Part shown: positions 50,429 through 62,631 of the stretch, one piece after another
How the letters are laid out: the number at the start of each line of letters is the position of its first letter
Position numbering within the stretch: position 1 is the stretch's first letter
Source: Phaeosaccion multiseriatum
Lineage: Eukaryota; Protista; Ochrophyta, other classes
Assembly (NCBI GenBank): GCA_965112735.1
Contig: OZ218964.1
Coordinates: 620,001-684,000 of the forward strand
Length of the DNA: 64,000 nucleotides
Direction of reading: 5' to 3'
The notes under the pieces: model-generated
The model's input: only the letters and a program-made list of their open reading frames with translations
What the model was told of the DNA's origin: nothing
Database searches by the model: none
Position numbers and translations under genes: made by a program

Positions 50429-51311
50429 GAGAGAGAGAGAGAGAGAGAGGTTGGGTGGATTGGTTTGGGTGAGGTCTCTCCCACCACACCGCGCTCACTC
50501 GGTCCCTGCCCGCCTCCCTCACCTTGGGTATCTGGGCATCGACGGCGAGCTGCATGGCCAGTTGGGTCTTGCCGACCCCAGGCACCCCGCACACCTCGGA
50601 CACCTCTCCCATGCGCATGCCGCCCCCCAGGATGGTGTCCATGGCCTGGCAGAAGGTGATGATGTAGGACTGCGCCCTCTCCTTTTCGAAAAGGGCCTTT
50701 GCGGATACACCCCGTGCAGCTCCTGCGGCTCGAGCGGATCCTCCTCCTCCTGATCCTGTTGACCCCCCTCGCGCTGCACCTGTGCCTTCTTCTTCTGCCC
50801 CTCCCGCCCCTCCACCGGCTCGAATCGACGCCGCGTAAGGGTTTGACGGGAGCTGGCGACAGCAACGGGGAGGAAGGGACGAGTTAGAGGCAAGAACAAC
50901 TCAAACCCTCCGCCTCTCGTCTCTCCTCTCCCAGTACAGACCGTGTTCTCTGACCCCTTCCTCCTCCGTCCCAATACTGCGCGCACGCCACACCTCCCTC
51001 ACCTTGACGACTCGCAGGATGTTGGCCGCCTCTTCCACCGGGCAGTCTAGATGCTGCGCGAGCATGTGTTCCAAGTCCAGGGAGAGGCTCGCTGCCCCAA
51101 CTGGCGGGCCAGATGGACTCGAAGTCTGCCCTCCAGCAGCGCCTTGAGGAGGAGCGAGTCCCGGCTGCGATGCCCCCACGGCGCCTCTCTTGGGTGCGAC
51201 GCACAGGGCCTCAACGTCTCCCACCGTCCGGAAGCCCTTGCGATGCAAAGCGTTGATGGCGGATGGCGGCAACGCCAGCGCGACCAACTCTTTCCTCTCC
51301 CTACTGGGCAT
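48839..51311 (-). CDS. RAD51C: DNA repair protein RAD51 homolog C
   Basis: IITFCQAMDTILGGG, Walker A GVPGVGKTQLAMQLAVDAQIP, AVYLDTEGSF, Walker B LVVVDSIAFHFR, VVVINHMTTK, LVPALGEAWSHSTTNRVVL, LVKSP; 7 exons. Confidence 0.92.
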
Positions 51312-51625
51312 GACTCAATGGATTTAGGACATAAAGGAAGGGGCCCAAGATAGAGCACACTTCCACTCTTTGGAAAGATTTGAAGACCCTCGAAATCGAG
51401 TCCTCTCCCATCGTCGCCATCTGTTTCGTATCACGTACGTCGATACGTTTAATCGATGTTGAATCGCGCGTGTCGTGCTCTCGTCGCCTCTCTCTCTCTT
51501 TAAATCTCTCTCCACCTTTTGCACGGGACGCAGGAGCTACGGACGGATAATTATATCTCGCATTACGCAGGACTGAACAAGTTTATTGCACGGAATGGGG
51601 AGATGTTTGTTTTGGTTGCCAGCGG

Positions 51626-52909
51626 ATGAATAATTTTCCTCGGCACACCCTCATGCAGCCGAGCAGCAGAGTCTCCAGCAGGGAGCAGTTCAGTCAGAAG
51701 ACTCCAGCATGGGGACCAATAAGCAGTAGACCTCAGGGAACGGTTCAGCAGCTGCTTGAGGCAGCAGGGGAGGACGCGGGGAGGGAAGCAGCGGATGAGG
51801 CTCCGAAAGAGGCCGGGGCGAGTGCGCCACACCTAGGGCAAAACCATCAGCAAGGCGGTGGAAACCAGCGTGAGTTGTCTGCGCGTGCTCGCAAGGAGCG
51901 GTCAAGAAAGCTGCGGGACCTGCGTGGGCGGGGACGGGCGCCGGAGACGGCAGCATCAGCCGCGTCAGCATCAGGCACAGTAGTAGCAAGAGCAGCTGTT
52001 TTGACCTCACCATCCATACCTTTGCAGAAAGGAAGACTGGGTCTCACTGGGCTCGGCAGATATACCAAGGGAAGGAGTGCGAGCACCAGTAGTAGTGAGG
52101 CCAGCCTTTGCAGCGGCGACGGGGGCAATCAGAGCAGGACCACGCCCGGCAATCGAAAGATGAGCAGCGATAGTTGCGACAGCAGCAGCAGCAGCAGCAG
52201 TAGCAGGAGAAGTGGAGGCACCACCCAAGCCCAACATGTAGTAGAGAGTAAGAAGAAGGGCAACAAGAAAGGAGGTCGTAGCCCTGCTGCTGCGGCATCT
52301 GCGGCGGCTGCTGCTCCGGACGAAGACAACATGAGCAGGGCAGAGCGAATCGAGGCGCGCAGACTCCGCAACAGGGAGAGTGGTAAGACATGTATATATA
52401 ATGGGGTTGCGTTGTTTACGTACTTTCGGCTCCTGAGCTTACGTGCTGTGCGTGTTCATACGTGTTTACACCTTGCCCGTTTATACGTGTGTACACACCT
52501 CGCCTGTCCACTTGTTCTACGCGCAGCGGCCCTTTCGCGGAAGCGCAACCGAGACCACATCACCACGCTCGAGGACAGAGTTGTCGGCCTGACTGTCCGA
52601 GTGGGCGAACTGGAGGACGAGAACGCGCACTTGAGACGCTTCGTGAGGAGCAGAGGCATGGACCCTTGCGTGGAGGAGCAGCAGCTGCAGGACGAGGATC
52701 GCCGCCGGACGGTTACGTGGGGCGCCACGGACGAAGAGCACGAGGAGGAGCAGGAGGAGGAGCACCGCCATCTCAATCAGCGGCAGTCGCAGCAAGGACA
52801 GGGCAGCAGCAGTAACAGCTGTCGCACCGCTGCCAAGGCGAGGAGAAGGGCGCAGCAGCACGGGGCGAGGACCGACAGCGAGAAGGGGCAGATGCTGCCC
52901 TCTTGTTGA
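51626..52909 (+). CDS. bZIP transcription factor
   Basis: ARRLRNRESA|ALSRKRNRDHITTLEDRVVGLTVRVGELEDENAHL after removing GT-AG intron 52383-52526. Confidence 0.85.
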   Translation: MNNFPRHTLMQPSSRVSSREQFSQKTPAWGPISSRPQGTVQQLLEAAGEDAGREAADEAPKEAGASAPHLGQNHQQGGGNQRELSARARKERSRKLRDLRGRGRAPETAASAASASGTVVARAAVLTSPSIPLQKGRLGLTGLGRYTKGRSASTSSSEASLCSGDGGNQSRTTPGNRKMSSDSCDSSSSSSSSRRSGGTTQAQHVVESKKKGNKKGGRSPAAAASAAAAAPDEDNMSRAERIEARRLRNRESGKTCIYNGVALFTYFRLLSLRAVRVHTCLHLARLYVCTHLACPLVLRAAALSRKRNRDHITTLEDRVVGLTVRVGELEDENAHLRRFVRSRGMDPCVEEQQLQDEDRRRTVTWGATDEEHEEEQEEEHRHLNQRQSQQGQGSSSNSCRTAAKARRRAQQHGARTDSEKGQMLPSC

Positions 52910-53486
52910 GACGGTGAGGGGAGTGCCCTGCTTCAGCTGGGAGAGAGGCTCTTTCCAGATTGACCCTACGAGTCAGTTTTAAGAGTCACAGCTTGAGGAT
53001 GGAGAAGGTCAGTAAACCAAGCCCCCGCCACGCGAGGTCTTTGCTTAGGAACTCAGTCCGACAATTTGTGTATAGCCGGGCTGACCCTCTGTAATGTATG
53101 TACAGGGATGAGAGAAACAAAGAGGAGGGTATTAGCCACCTCATACAATAAAGTGCGAGGAAGAGTTGGGAGGGGGGGTATACATAGACGGAGCGAGGAA
53201 GAGCACACTATAAATAAAAGCATCGCAGCGAAAAACGAGAAGCCGCCATCCCTTGTGTTTGTATGAACAAGTTGTATTACTTCCTCAAGGAAAATTGCTG
53301 TGCATTTTCAGTTGCTACAGAAAACAAGTATGTACAGAGAAAAGAAAATAATACGCGTTCTCCTCCGGGCGAGAGACGAGAAGAGAAGGAAAGGCGTTGA
53401 AGCTCCGAGAGCCTTGCGACCTCCTTCAACCGTTGGTGGGTGCAGAGAGAGAGAGAGTGGCCAGCGCCGGCCTACACCACTCTACC

Positions 53487-54773
53487 CTACACTACACCCT
53501 GTAGGAAGTCCAGCATGTCTTCCGCCTCGAACTCCTGTCCATGCTCCTGACCCTGTCCCGCGGCGACGGGCAGGGGCGCGAGGAGAGAGGACTCAGGGTC
53601 GCGGAGGAGGAAGTCGCTGCTGCTGATGGTGCTGGAGCCTGTGGTGGAGCGCTCCAGAGACACAGCGGGGATGTTGGGCAGGAGCATCCAGGACTGCGCG
53701 TACTGCTCCTGACACGACGTTGGGGAGCTCTCCGGACTCGTGCATGGGGACAGGGAGAACTCAGGCTTGACGATGACCGGTCGGGGGAGGGGCGTCGCGC
53801 AGGCTTCGGTCGTTGCTGCTACTGCTGCTGCTGCTGCTTGTCTCCGGCTGCGGCGGAGGCGGCCGTTGCTGTTGCTGTCGCTGTTGGTGGTGCTGGTCGG
53901 TGTCGCCATCGTTCCGAAACACGCTTTTGAGAGTTGACTGCTCGTCTCCACTGCTGGGGTAGACGATTGTTATGGGGTTCCCATGGCTCTAATGGCAATT
54001 AGGCGCATGAGATTAAGTCCTGAGGAGGAGTGGAGGTCGGAACTAGTTGGTACTAGTCCCCACCCCCCTCCATCAACTCAGGCGATTGCTGCTGAATCGC
54101 GGGTTAAGCTGTCAACTTTCATATGCGTGCTCGAAACGGTGGGCGAAGATCCGAGGCCCAGCATCGCGTGCCCTCCGCAGCGGCGGTGGTGCGAGTGGTG
54201 GTGGTGCTGGTGGTGGTGCAACTGCTCCGGCTCGTCGTCGTCATCCAGCTCCTCCTCCTCCGTGTGGTCCGCCTCCTCCTCGCGGTCGTCCATGTCCATG
54301 CGGCTGTCCTCCTCCTCTTGCTTCTGCTGCTCCATCCTCGACATGATGCGGTGCTTCTTGGGCGCGCCTCCGCTGCTTCCTCGGTGCATCACAATCATGT
54401 CCCTCATCCTCCTATTCTCCTCCTCAAGCACGCCAATTCTGCCCGTTAACGCGCCGATGTGAGACTCTAGCGTTGTGATGTGGTCCCGGTTTCGCTTCCG
54501 AGAAAGCGCGGCACTCTCCCTGTTCCTCAGCCGGCGCGCCTCCTTCCGCTCCGCCTCACTCATATCGCTGGCGTCAGGGGAGTACTCGTGCTTTGGCTTG
54601 GGAGAGTCACCCCCCATCATGCTGCGGCTGCGCTTGCTGGTGCTGGTGCTGGTGCTGGTGCTGGTGCTCGCCCCCAGCAGAGCGGAGATCCCCACCCCTC
54701 CATTATTGCGCGCCCGTAGCTCTTGAAGCTTCTTCACGCGGTGCTTGCGAGCTATGGCAGCTGCAGCCGACAT
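53487..54773 (-). CDS. bZIP transcription factor (paralogue of 51626-52909)
   Basis: EARRLRNRESAALSRKRNRDHITTLESHIGALTGRIGVLEEEN in ORF 54078-54773. Probably spliced to ORF 53487-53951 via the acceptor at ~53955 (inferred). Confidence 0.8.
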
Positions 54774-55101
54774 GTGGTGCGTGTTGTTTGTCTCTTTGTT
54801 TGTTCCCGTGGGCCTAAAGCTGGATCTGAGTTGTCCTTCCCTCCAGCTTCAATGTCTTTACGTGTAGCACGATTGTGATGCCCCCTCTCCACTCTCCTCT
54901 GCCCCTTTTATCGCGGACCTTTCCTTCTGGTTGACTCGTGGACAATCTACCTCCACCCCTGGGACCTGTACGCATCCTTACGTATTATGCTCCCAGGGGG
55001 GAATCGTTTCCTGTATGGCGCCAATCTCGCTCCTCCAAACAAAAAAACCAAAAAATCCTCGGCCGCCCTTTTATATTTTCATCAAGCAGGCGTGCGCAAG
55101 G

Positions 55102-56636
55102 ATGCATCAGCAGGTGAGGATGGCGGGAGAGGACTTGTGCCTTGCTTACGCTTGTTGGTGCGTCTCGCTTCCGGCTCGCAGCTGCATCAGCGACTGCTCG
55201 TGCTTGATGTATCGGGACTGAAGGGGAACTCGATGCTGTTTGTTGCATGCTTGTGCAGGCGAGCCTGTTGGCTCTGGTTGCCTCTGGACTGCTGGGCGTC
55301 ACCAATGGTAAGGGTTGCTAGGCATTTCACGCTCTCTGCTTGCTCACACGGCAGCTTATCTTTTGTGTGCTCCTCGGATCCCTCCCCCTCTCCTCCTCCT
55401 TCTGCCTCGCTCCTCGCCTTCTTCCCCTCTTCCATACTTATCCTTCAGCGTATCCATCCTCCTCGTCCTTCTGCTTTTCCTGCTCCACCTGCCTCGGTCC
55501 CCATCCTCCCCCTATATTCATCCTCGTCCTTCAACTGTATCCTCCTCCTGCCTCGCTCCCCGCCCTCTTTCCCTCTTCCATCCACTTCCTTCTCCGTATC
55601 TTCCTTCTCCTGCCTTGCTCCTCGCCCTCCTCATCCTCCTGCCTCGCTCCCCCTTCCTCGTCCTCCATCCTCCCCCTCCTGCATCGCTCCTCGTCCTCCT
55701 CCACCCCACCCATCCCCGTCCTCCTTCTCACCCACCCCCCTCCGTCTCCTCCTCCTCATCCATCCAGCCTTTGTCGCGCCCGTGTCGCTGCATGCGGCCG
55801 CTCGCGTGGTGTCGACGAGGCCATCCGCCTCGACTGGTCTGCGAATGGCCGCGGGTGAGGTCAAGCACACGCTTGTGCTAGTGAGGCATGGGGAGAGTAC
55901 GTGGAACGAGGAGAACAAGTTTACGGGATGGACAGACGTACCGCTCTCCGAGACTGGCAAGAAGGAGGCAGCGCATGCAGGCCAGCTGCTGAAGGAGGAG
56001 GGGCTGACCTTCGACCTGGCCTACACGTCCCTTCTGAAGCGAGCCATTGTCACCCTGTGGACCTGCCTGGAGGCGACGGACCTCATGTGGATCCCGGTGA
56101 AGCGGTCGTGGCGCCTCAACGAGCGCCATTACGGCGCCCTGCAGGGTCTGGACAAGAAGGCCACAGTAGAGAAGCACGGCAACGAGCAGGTCCAGATTTG
56201 GCGCCGCAGTTACGACATCCCCCCTCCCGAGCTGGACGAGTCGTCCGAGTACTGGCCAGGCAACGACCGCCGATACGACGACGTGGATCGCGACCTGCTG
56301 CCCAAGACCGAGTCGCTCAAGCTCACCTCGGACCGCTTCCTCGTGGAGTGGAACGACCACATTGTGCCCGACATTAAGGCGGGCAAGAAGCTCATCATAG
56401 CCGCACACGGCAACACCCTGCGCGCCCTTGTCAAGCACTTGGACGGCATTAGCGAGGAGGAGATCCCCGGCCTCAACATCCCCACTGGCGTGCCTCTGGT
56501 GTACCAGCTCGACGAGGACTTGAACGTCATCCCCAGCAAGGAGGCCATCCCCCCTCTGCAGGGCAGGTACCTTGGAGATCAGGACGAGGTCAAGGCCAAG
56601 GTGGAGGGCGTCAAGAACCAGACGGGCCCCGCCTAA
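55102..56636 (+). CDS. gpmA: 2,3-bisphosphoglycerate-dependent phosphoglycerate mutase, plastid-targeted
   Basis: [61 protein letters not shown]. Exons 55102-55113, 55259-55307, 55768-56636 give [25 protein letters not shown] (ASAFAP-like). Confidence 0.95.
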
Positions 56637-56910
56637 TAGACAACAGCGAGAGAGAGAGAGAGAGAGAGAGAAGGGTAGGGGGGGAGGCTTTCATTTGCTC
56701 CGTGGCCCTGATTTATTCTATTTTTAGAGACAGGTTTACAATGTACATAAAACCGCATCACACCGTCACAACGACCCCCTCTCTACATCTCGTGTTCTCT
56801 ATATTCTCTACCCAGACCATCTGCTGCTGAGCACATTCTGCACAAAGGACTTTTTTCATGTGCTCTCAGTACTCACTGACTCTACTCTATTCTATTTTCC
56901 GTCCTCGCCC

Positions 56911-57201
56911 TCATGGCGCTGTCGTCGCCCAATGCGCCCCCACACACTCTGGCGTGTGGCAATCAATCATGATTTCCTGCCCATACGTGGCAGCCACAGA
57001 GCCCCCCCCGCCCATGGCCCTCATTTGGCCGTCGAGACTGCGACCCGAAGCGAACTCTCCCGGCCAGAGCAGCAACCCGTTCGCCTGCTGCTCCGCGCCG
57101 AGCAGCCCCATGACGCGAAGGGCGCCGACCACGACCTGTGAGCAGAATAAGGCCTCCCGCTCCTCCTCCTGCTCCACCGCCGCCTCCTCGGCCACTCCCC
57201 G

Positions 57202-57242
<41 letters not shown>

Positions 57243-58566
57243 GACTCTTGTCGCCACCGCTTTTCTTGCCCTGCAGCATCGACGCAAGCGACCCCAGGAC
57301 AGACCCCACGTTAAAGGCAAAGGGCGTCCCCACCACCTGGCCAATGAAAGCATGCAGTCTCTCTGACATGCGCTCGTCCCTCCCCCCCGGCACAAGCAAA
57401 GACCGCAGCGCCATTCGAGCGGCGAATCGCTCCGTAGAGTAGGCGGCGACGCGCTGCTCCAAGGGGAAGCTCTGCACGCCTTGCGGCGTGGCCTCGACAA
57501 TGTGAAGTCTTCCTTCTCCGCCTCCCCGTCTTCCTTGGGCGACTGCCCGCACAACGATACCGATATGATCCCAGGAGAGCCCAGTCACCTTGAGAGAAGA
57601 CAGGGGAGATTGAAAGGACAGAGAGAGAGAGAGAGTGCGCGTGAGAGAGAGAGAGCGAGAGAGAGAGAGAGAGACACACAGAGAGAGAGAGACAGAGAGA
57701 GAGAGAGACAGAGAGAGAGGGGGGGGTGGCCATAAAGTTCCCTCGAAACGCAGAAAATACAAGCCAGGGGCGTAGGGAGAGGACCCACACTTTTTTCTCC
57801 AGCCACACGTGCTCCGCCTCCTCGCAGAAAGGCCCATACACACCTTTCGCTGGAGCTTTCCCCAGTGCTGCGTGGTGCGGAACAGAATGATATCCCCCCA
57901 ATCGGCGGTCTCTCCCAGCGCCCTGAGGTGCACCACCGGTGGTGCCGATGACTGCTCGCCTCTCTCCGCCGCTCGAGTCTCCCGTCTGACGAGGTCGTGC
58001 ATCGCTGTGCTCGCTCCTCCAGTGAAGGAAAGGAAGGACGGGTGGCCCACCACCTCGGGAAGCCCAAGCAGCTGCTGCAAGTACGCATCCAGCTCTTTCG
58101 CCCTCAGCTGTGACACGGTTTGCGGAAAGACATGCATCAAACCCCACGAGCGGCCGGGCAGCGCAGGCAGCCCAAGGATTTCGTTGGAGAGCGCCGCGTG
58201 TACGTCGAGGAACTCGGAGTACCGCCTCTTGACTTGCCAACAGAGCAGCCCGAAGGAGACCTCGATGACATATGAGCGAACGACTTTATTCTGGCCATTT
58301 CTCCGCTCGTCGCAGCTTGGAAATACACTCGCCTTTAGTGTGCTTCCTGCGCTGCTTCCACTCCTGCTGCCACCTTCCTCCCCCTTCTCATCCTCCTCCT
58401 CCTCCCCCTCCTCGACACTCGCCCCTTCAAAAGTGCCAGCGCTTCCGGTGCTGCTGCTGCTGCTGTTACCGGGATTTCCCTCCCCACCCTCATCCTCCTC
58501 CTCCCCCTCCTCGCCAACAACCATGTTTTGACGCGAATTTGGAATTTGGACATCGTCCAGTGCCAT
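56911..58566 (-). CDS. PX domain fused to a permuted papain-like NlpC/P60 (YiiX/C92-like) domain
   Basis: PX: WQVKRRYSEFLDVH..LPALPGR..LDAYLQQLL. Permuted NlpC/P60: GDIILFR, WDHIGIVV, IVEAT, LFCSQVV. Intron 57843-57589. Confidence 0.82.
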
Positions 58567-58649
58567 CTGAGCACTCCGACGGCGGTCGTTGACTTTGGAC
58601 GACAGACTATTTTTTATTTTTCTCTTTTTTTGTAGTCATCTTATCTACA

Positions 58650-61600
58650 TCATCCATCAAGCCGCCCTAACGTATTTGGTTTGGTTTGCTGACGGAGACC
58701 CGCAGAGGCACGATGCTGCTCCTTCTTCCTGGCCACGGCAAGCAGAGACAAAATGTGACTGCCGAGCTGCGCCGGACTGGCCTGCGAAAGGGGCACCTTC
58801 CTCCTCACCCTTTCCCTGCCCACCGCCTGCACCTCTATGGAACCCCTCCTCACGCCGAGCTGCGGCCGGGAGAGCATCTCTCGTAGACAAGCCTGGCGAG
58901 CGGCCTTGGACAAGCGACAGTCAGGGCCGAGGAGTCGCTTCACCTCCGCCTCCGTCACCAGAGGGGCATGTGCGTGGGGGTGGGGGTCGGCGGCGGCGGT
59001 GGTGGCGGTTGTAGCGTAGGCAGTTGGTGATCCGGCACCCGGCACGACCACGTCACCAGGGAGGAGGGGGTCTCGTCCTTGCCCTTGGACATGTTCTTGG
59101 ACAGAGACAACCTCCCCTCTTTCGCCCCCGGCCTGCCCTCCTCCTCCTCCTCCGCTTGGTCGCCCTCGCCCTCCTTGTCCGTCACGCCACTGGGGCACGG
59201 TGGTCTTGCGCCCAACAGCAGCGGCAGCGGCAGCGGCAGCGGCACTTTTCTGGGCTGCGACCACTGCCGCTTGCTCTGCTGCTACCGCTGCCGCTGCCGC
59301 CTCTTGCGCTGCTGCTTCTGCTGCCTCATTGGCCTCCGCCGCTGCAGTGAAGGACGAGAAAGCCCGACCCCCGACCTTGCGGACATACGGGGCCTCAGCC
59401 GCGGCGGTCACTGCCACTGCGGTTGGTGCTACAGACGCTACAGATGGCAGTGCTACGGGTCCTTGCGGTCTTGGTGGCGATACGAGTGTTGTGGACGCTT
59501 GAGGTGGCAAAGCAGCTGCAGCAGCAGCAGCAGTTGGTGATACAGCAGCAGCAGGAGGAGGAGGGGGGGGTCGTGCGCGCTTCTTGCCGAGTAGCTCGTC
59601 GATGTTGTCGGCTTCGGGGCGAAGGAGAGGAGTAGAGGCGGAGGGGTGCTCTCCGTGGTTCCTGGACTTGACTGCTGGACGGTCCTGGAAGAGGCTATAG
59701 GTGTGCGCCCTCAAGCCGGGGTACACATCTTTCTTGCTGCGCAGGGGGGAGGCGGGGGTGGAGAGGAAGGGACAGGAGAGGGAGAGGGGAACAGAGAGAG
59801 GGAGAGAGAGACGAGAGGGAGAAGACATGCAGACAATGAGAAATGTCCCAGGCGAGGGAAGGGAGAGAGATCTGGGCCTGGGAGAGGAGAGACTGTAGCG
59901 TAGCAGGGAAGCTAATGCTGACGCAGCATGAAGCTGGAACAACTGGAAGGCCTTGGTGCAAGAGGGACTGGAGGTAGGTAGGTAAGTAGGTCCAACACGT
60001 CCATCTATCCACCCACCCATCCACTGCCATCCACACATCGATCCATCCATCCATCCCTCCCCTCACGACCTAACCTGATGGACAAGCTGTCGGGCTGATC
60101 GCTGCTGAGCTCCTTGATGAAGCGGGACGGGCCGGAGAACTCCATCCAGCGACCATTCAAATTGCGTCGACGCACGTAGCTAATAAAGGCATACGCACGG
60201 GTTCTGGAGGGAGTAGAGATGTAGAGAGGAGGAGAGAGAGAGAGAGAGCGAGCGAGAGGATGAGATTGAGCAGGACCATGCGAAGGAAGGCCCACCCCCC
60301 GTGAGAGCAGTACCAGGTGCATGACGCGGTTGGAGGGAGGAGGGAGTGAGCTGATGCATGTGGGGGGGTGAATGAGGAGGGAGGGAGGGGCGTGCCCTGT
60401 TCGACGTGTCCTCTTACTCGTGCCCCGTACGCCTCCACCCACCTCGTCAGTGCCACATATGCGAGGCGCCTCTCCTCTTCTATGCGCCTCGTGTTGAGGG
60501 TAATGAGATGATCCCGGTGCCTGGTCGCTCTCTCGATGCCAGTGACACCCACACCACCACCCTCCCCCGACGACGACGATGTTGGCCCACCTCTCGCAGG
60601 GAGGTAAACACTGTCTGGCGCCAGTAAAGGAAAGCCGCCTTCCTCCCAACCCGGCAGGAACACGGCCTCGAACTCGCGCCCTTTGCTCTCGTGCATGCTC
60701 ATCAAGACGATGGCGTCACGCGAGCCTTGCCTCTTGCCCGAGGCCTCCAAGGAGACGTGCAGGAGGAACGAGTCCATGGTGTCAAACCCCGAACCCGCCT
60801 GTGCCAGCCAAAGGGGTGAGGGACGGACGGATGGAGGGATGGAGGGAGGGGGGGGGGGGGAGAGGCACAGCATCGGACAGACAGACAGAGACGAGAGAGG
60901 GAGAGGGGTGGATGAGAGAGGGCTAGGCAGGGAGGGCAGGGGGGAGGAGGGCAAAAGGAGGTACAGGAAGAGTTTGAGGGCAATACCAGAAAGGCCTTCA
61001 CTAATTTTAAGTACATACAAAACTTTTCCTCCTCCTTCCCCCTGCCAAGGGGCGCAGCGGGAAGGCCCGCCTTGTACATACATACATACATACATACATA
61101 CATACATACATGCACACATACACACATACATGCATACATACATGCACACATACCTACCTACAAACATACATACATACACACATACATACATACATACATA
61201 CATACACACATACATACATACATACATACATACATACATACATACATACATACATACATACATACATACACACATACATACATACATACGTATATAGTGT
61301 ATCGGATCATCGCACCTTTGCCATTTCCACCACACTCTTCTCCTCGGCGCTCAGCTCAGGGAGGCCCAGTGGGTTGCCTTCATCGTCCTCCGCGGGTAAG
61401 GGCAAGAAGCCTGCTCCCTCAAACACTCGCGTCAGGGCACACTTGCGCGATGCCTCGTTTGGCATGGAGTCCCATCCCTGCAGCATGAATATGCCAATGA
61501 AAGCATGAATATGCCAATGAAAGCATGAATAGGGCAGAGAGAGAGAGAGGAGAGAGAGAGGAGAGAGGAGGGGGAGGGGGAGGGGGGGGGAGTGTGTGAG

Positions 61601-61727
61601 ACAGAGCCGTGGCCAGGGGCGCGAGGAGCTCGCTTTCTTTCTTTTCTAAATACAAAAAGAGAGGACGCTCGCTCCATCCTTCCTCCCCCGCGCCCTCAAC
61701 ACACACACACCAACACCAACCACACAT

Positions 61728-61771
<44 letters not shown>

Positions 61772-62498
61772 ATAAATACAACACACACATCCACACACCC
61801 ACTCACCCACCCACACACACACACCACACACCAGTAGAGCGCCGCTCCATCCCCTTAGGAGCTGGAGGAAGCGAGACACGTGTCGAGCAGCCGAGCGAGA
61901 GAGCTCCCCCGTCGTGAGGGCTCTCCTCGCAGCCTCCACGAGCGTCACCCCATCAGACGCGCAAATGGCGTTGAGTCGCTCCCAGGCGAGGTCCCCGAGA
62001 GGGAGGAGGTCTGTGCTAGCGGCAACAACGAGGAGGGCGGCGTCGTTCTGTTGGTCTGCGGCGAGGCGTAGCAGGGCGAGTGGCCCTTGCAGCTCTGGTC
62101 GGAGGTAGAAGGACCCTCGCCGCCCTCCGACCACCGTGTACGGCACCTGAGTTAGTGAGTGAGTGAGTGAGTGAGTGAGTGAGTGAGTGAGTGAGTGAGT
62201 GAGTGGGTGAGTGAGTGAGTGAGTGAGTGAGTAAGTGAGTGAGTGAGTGAGTGAGTGAGTGAGTGAGTGAGTGAGTAAGTGAGTGAGTGAGTGAGTGAGT
62301 GAGTGAGTGAGTCAGTCAGTCAGTCAGTCTGTGAGTACACTTGTCGGGTTAGGTCGATTGTTCTGGTATGCATACAGTGAGCAGCGAGCAGCCGGAAGAT
62401 GGGCAGAGGAACGGAGAGAGTATGTGGGGAAATGGAGTGAAGAAAGGGGTTGCACAGGAGCAGAAGGGGGATGGGGAGGGAGGAGATGGTCGCAGACG

Positions 62499-62532
<34 letters not shown>

Positions 62533-62600
62533 CAAAGCCACACACTTCTGCACTGAGAGTGACAGACAGCGCCACACTGACACACACCCGACCCCTACCC

Positions 62601-62631
<31 letters not shown>

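Noticed and set aside
51626-54773. Aureochrome photoreceptors
   Set aside because: No LOV domain (no GRNCRFLQ motif) after either bZIP.
54987-55767. Long Pro/Ser-rich N-terminal extension on phosphoglycerate mutase (549-aa ORF)
   Set aside because: Read-through of pyrimidine-rich introns; splicing gives a normal bipartite targeting peptide.
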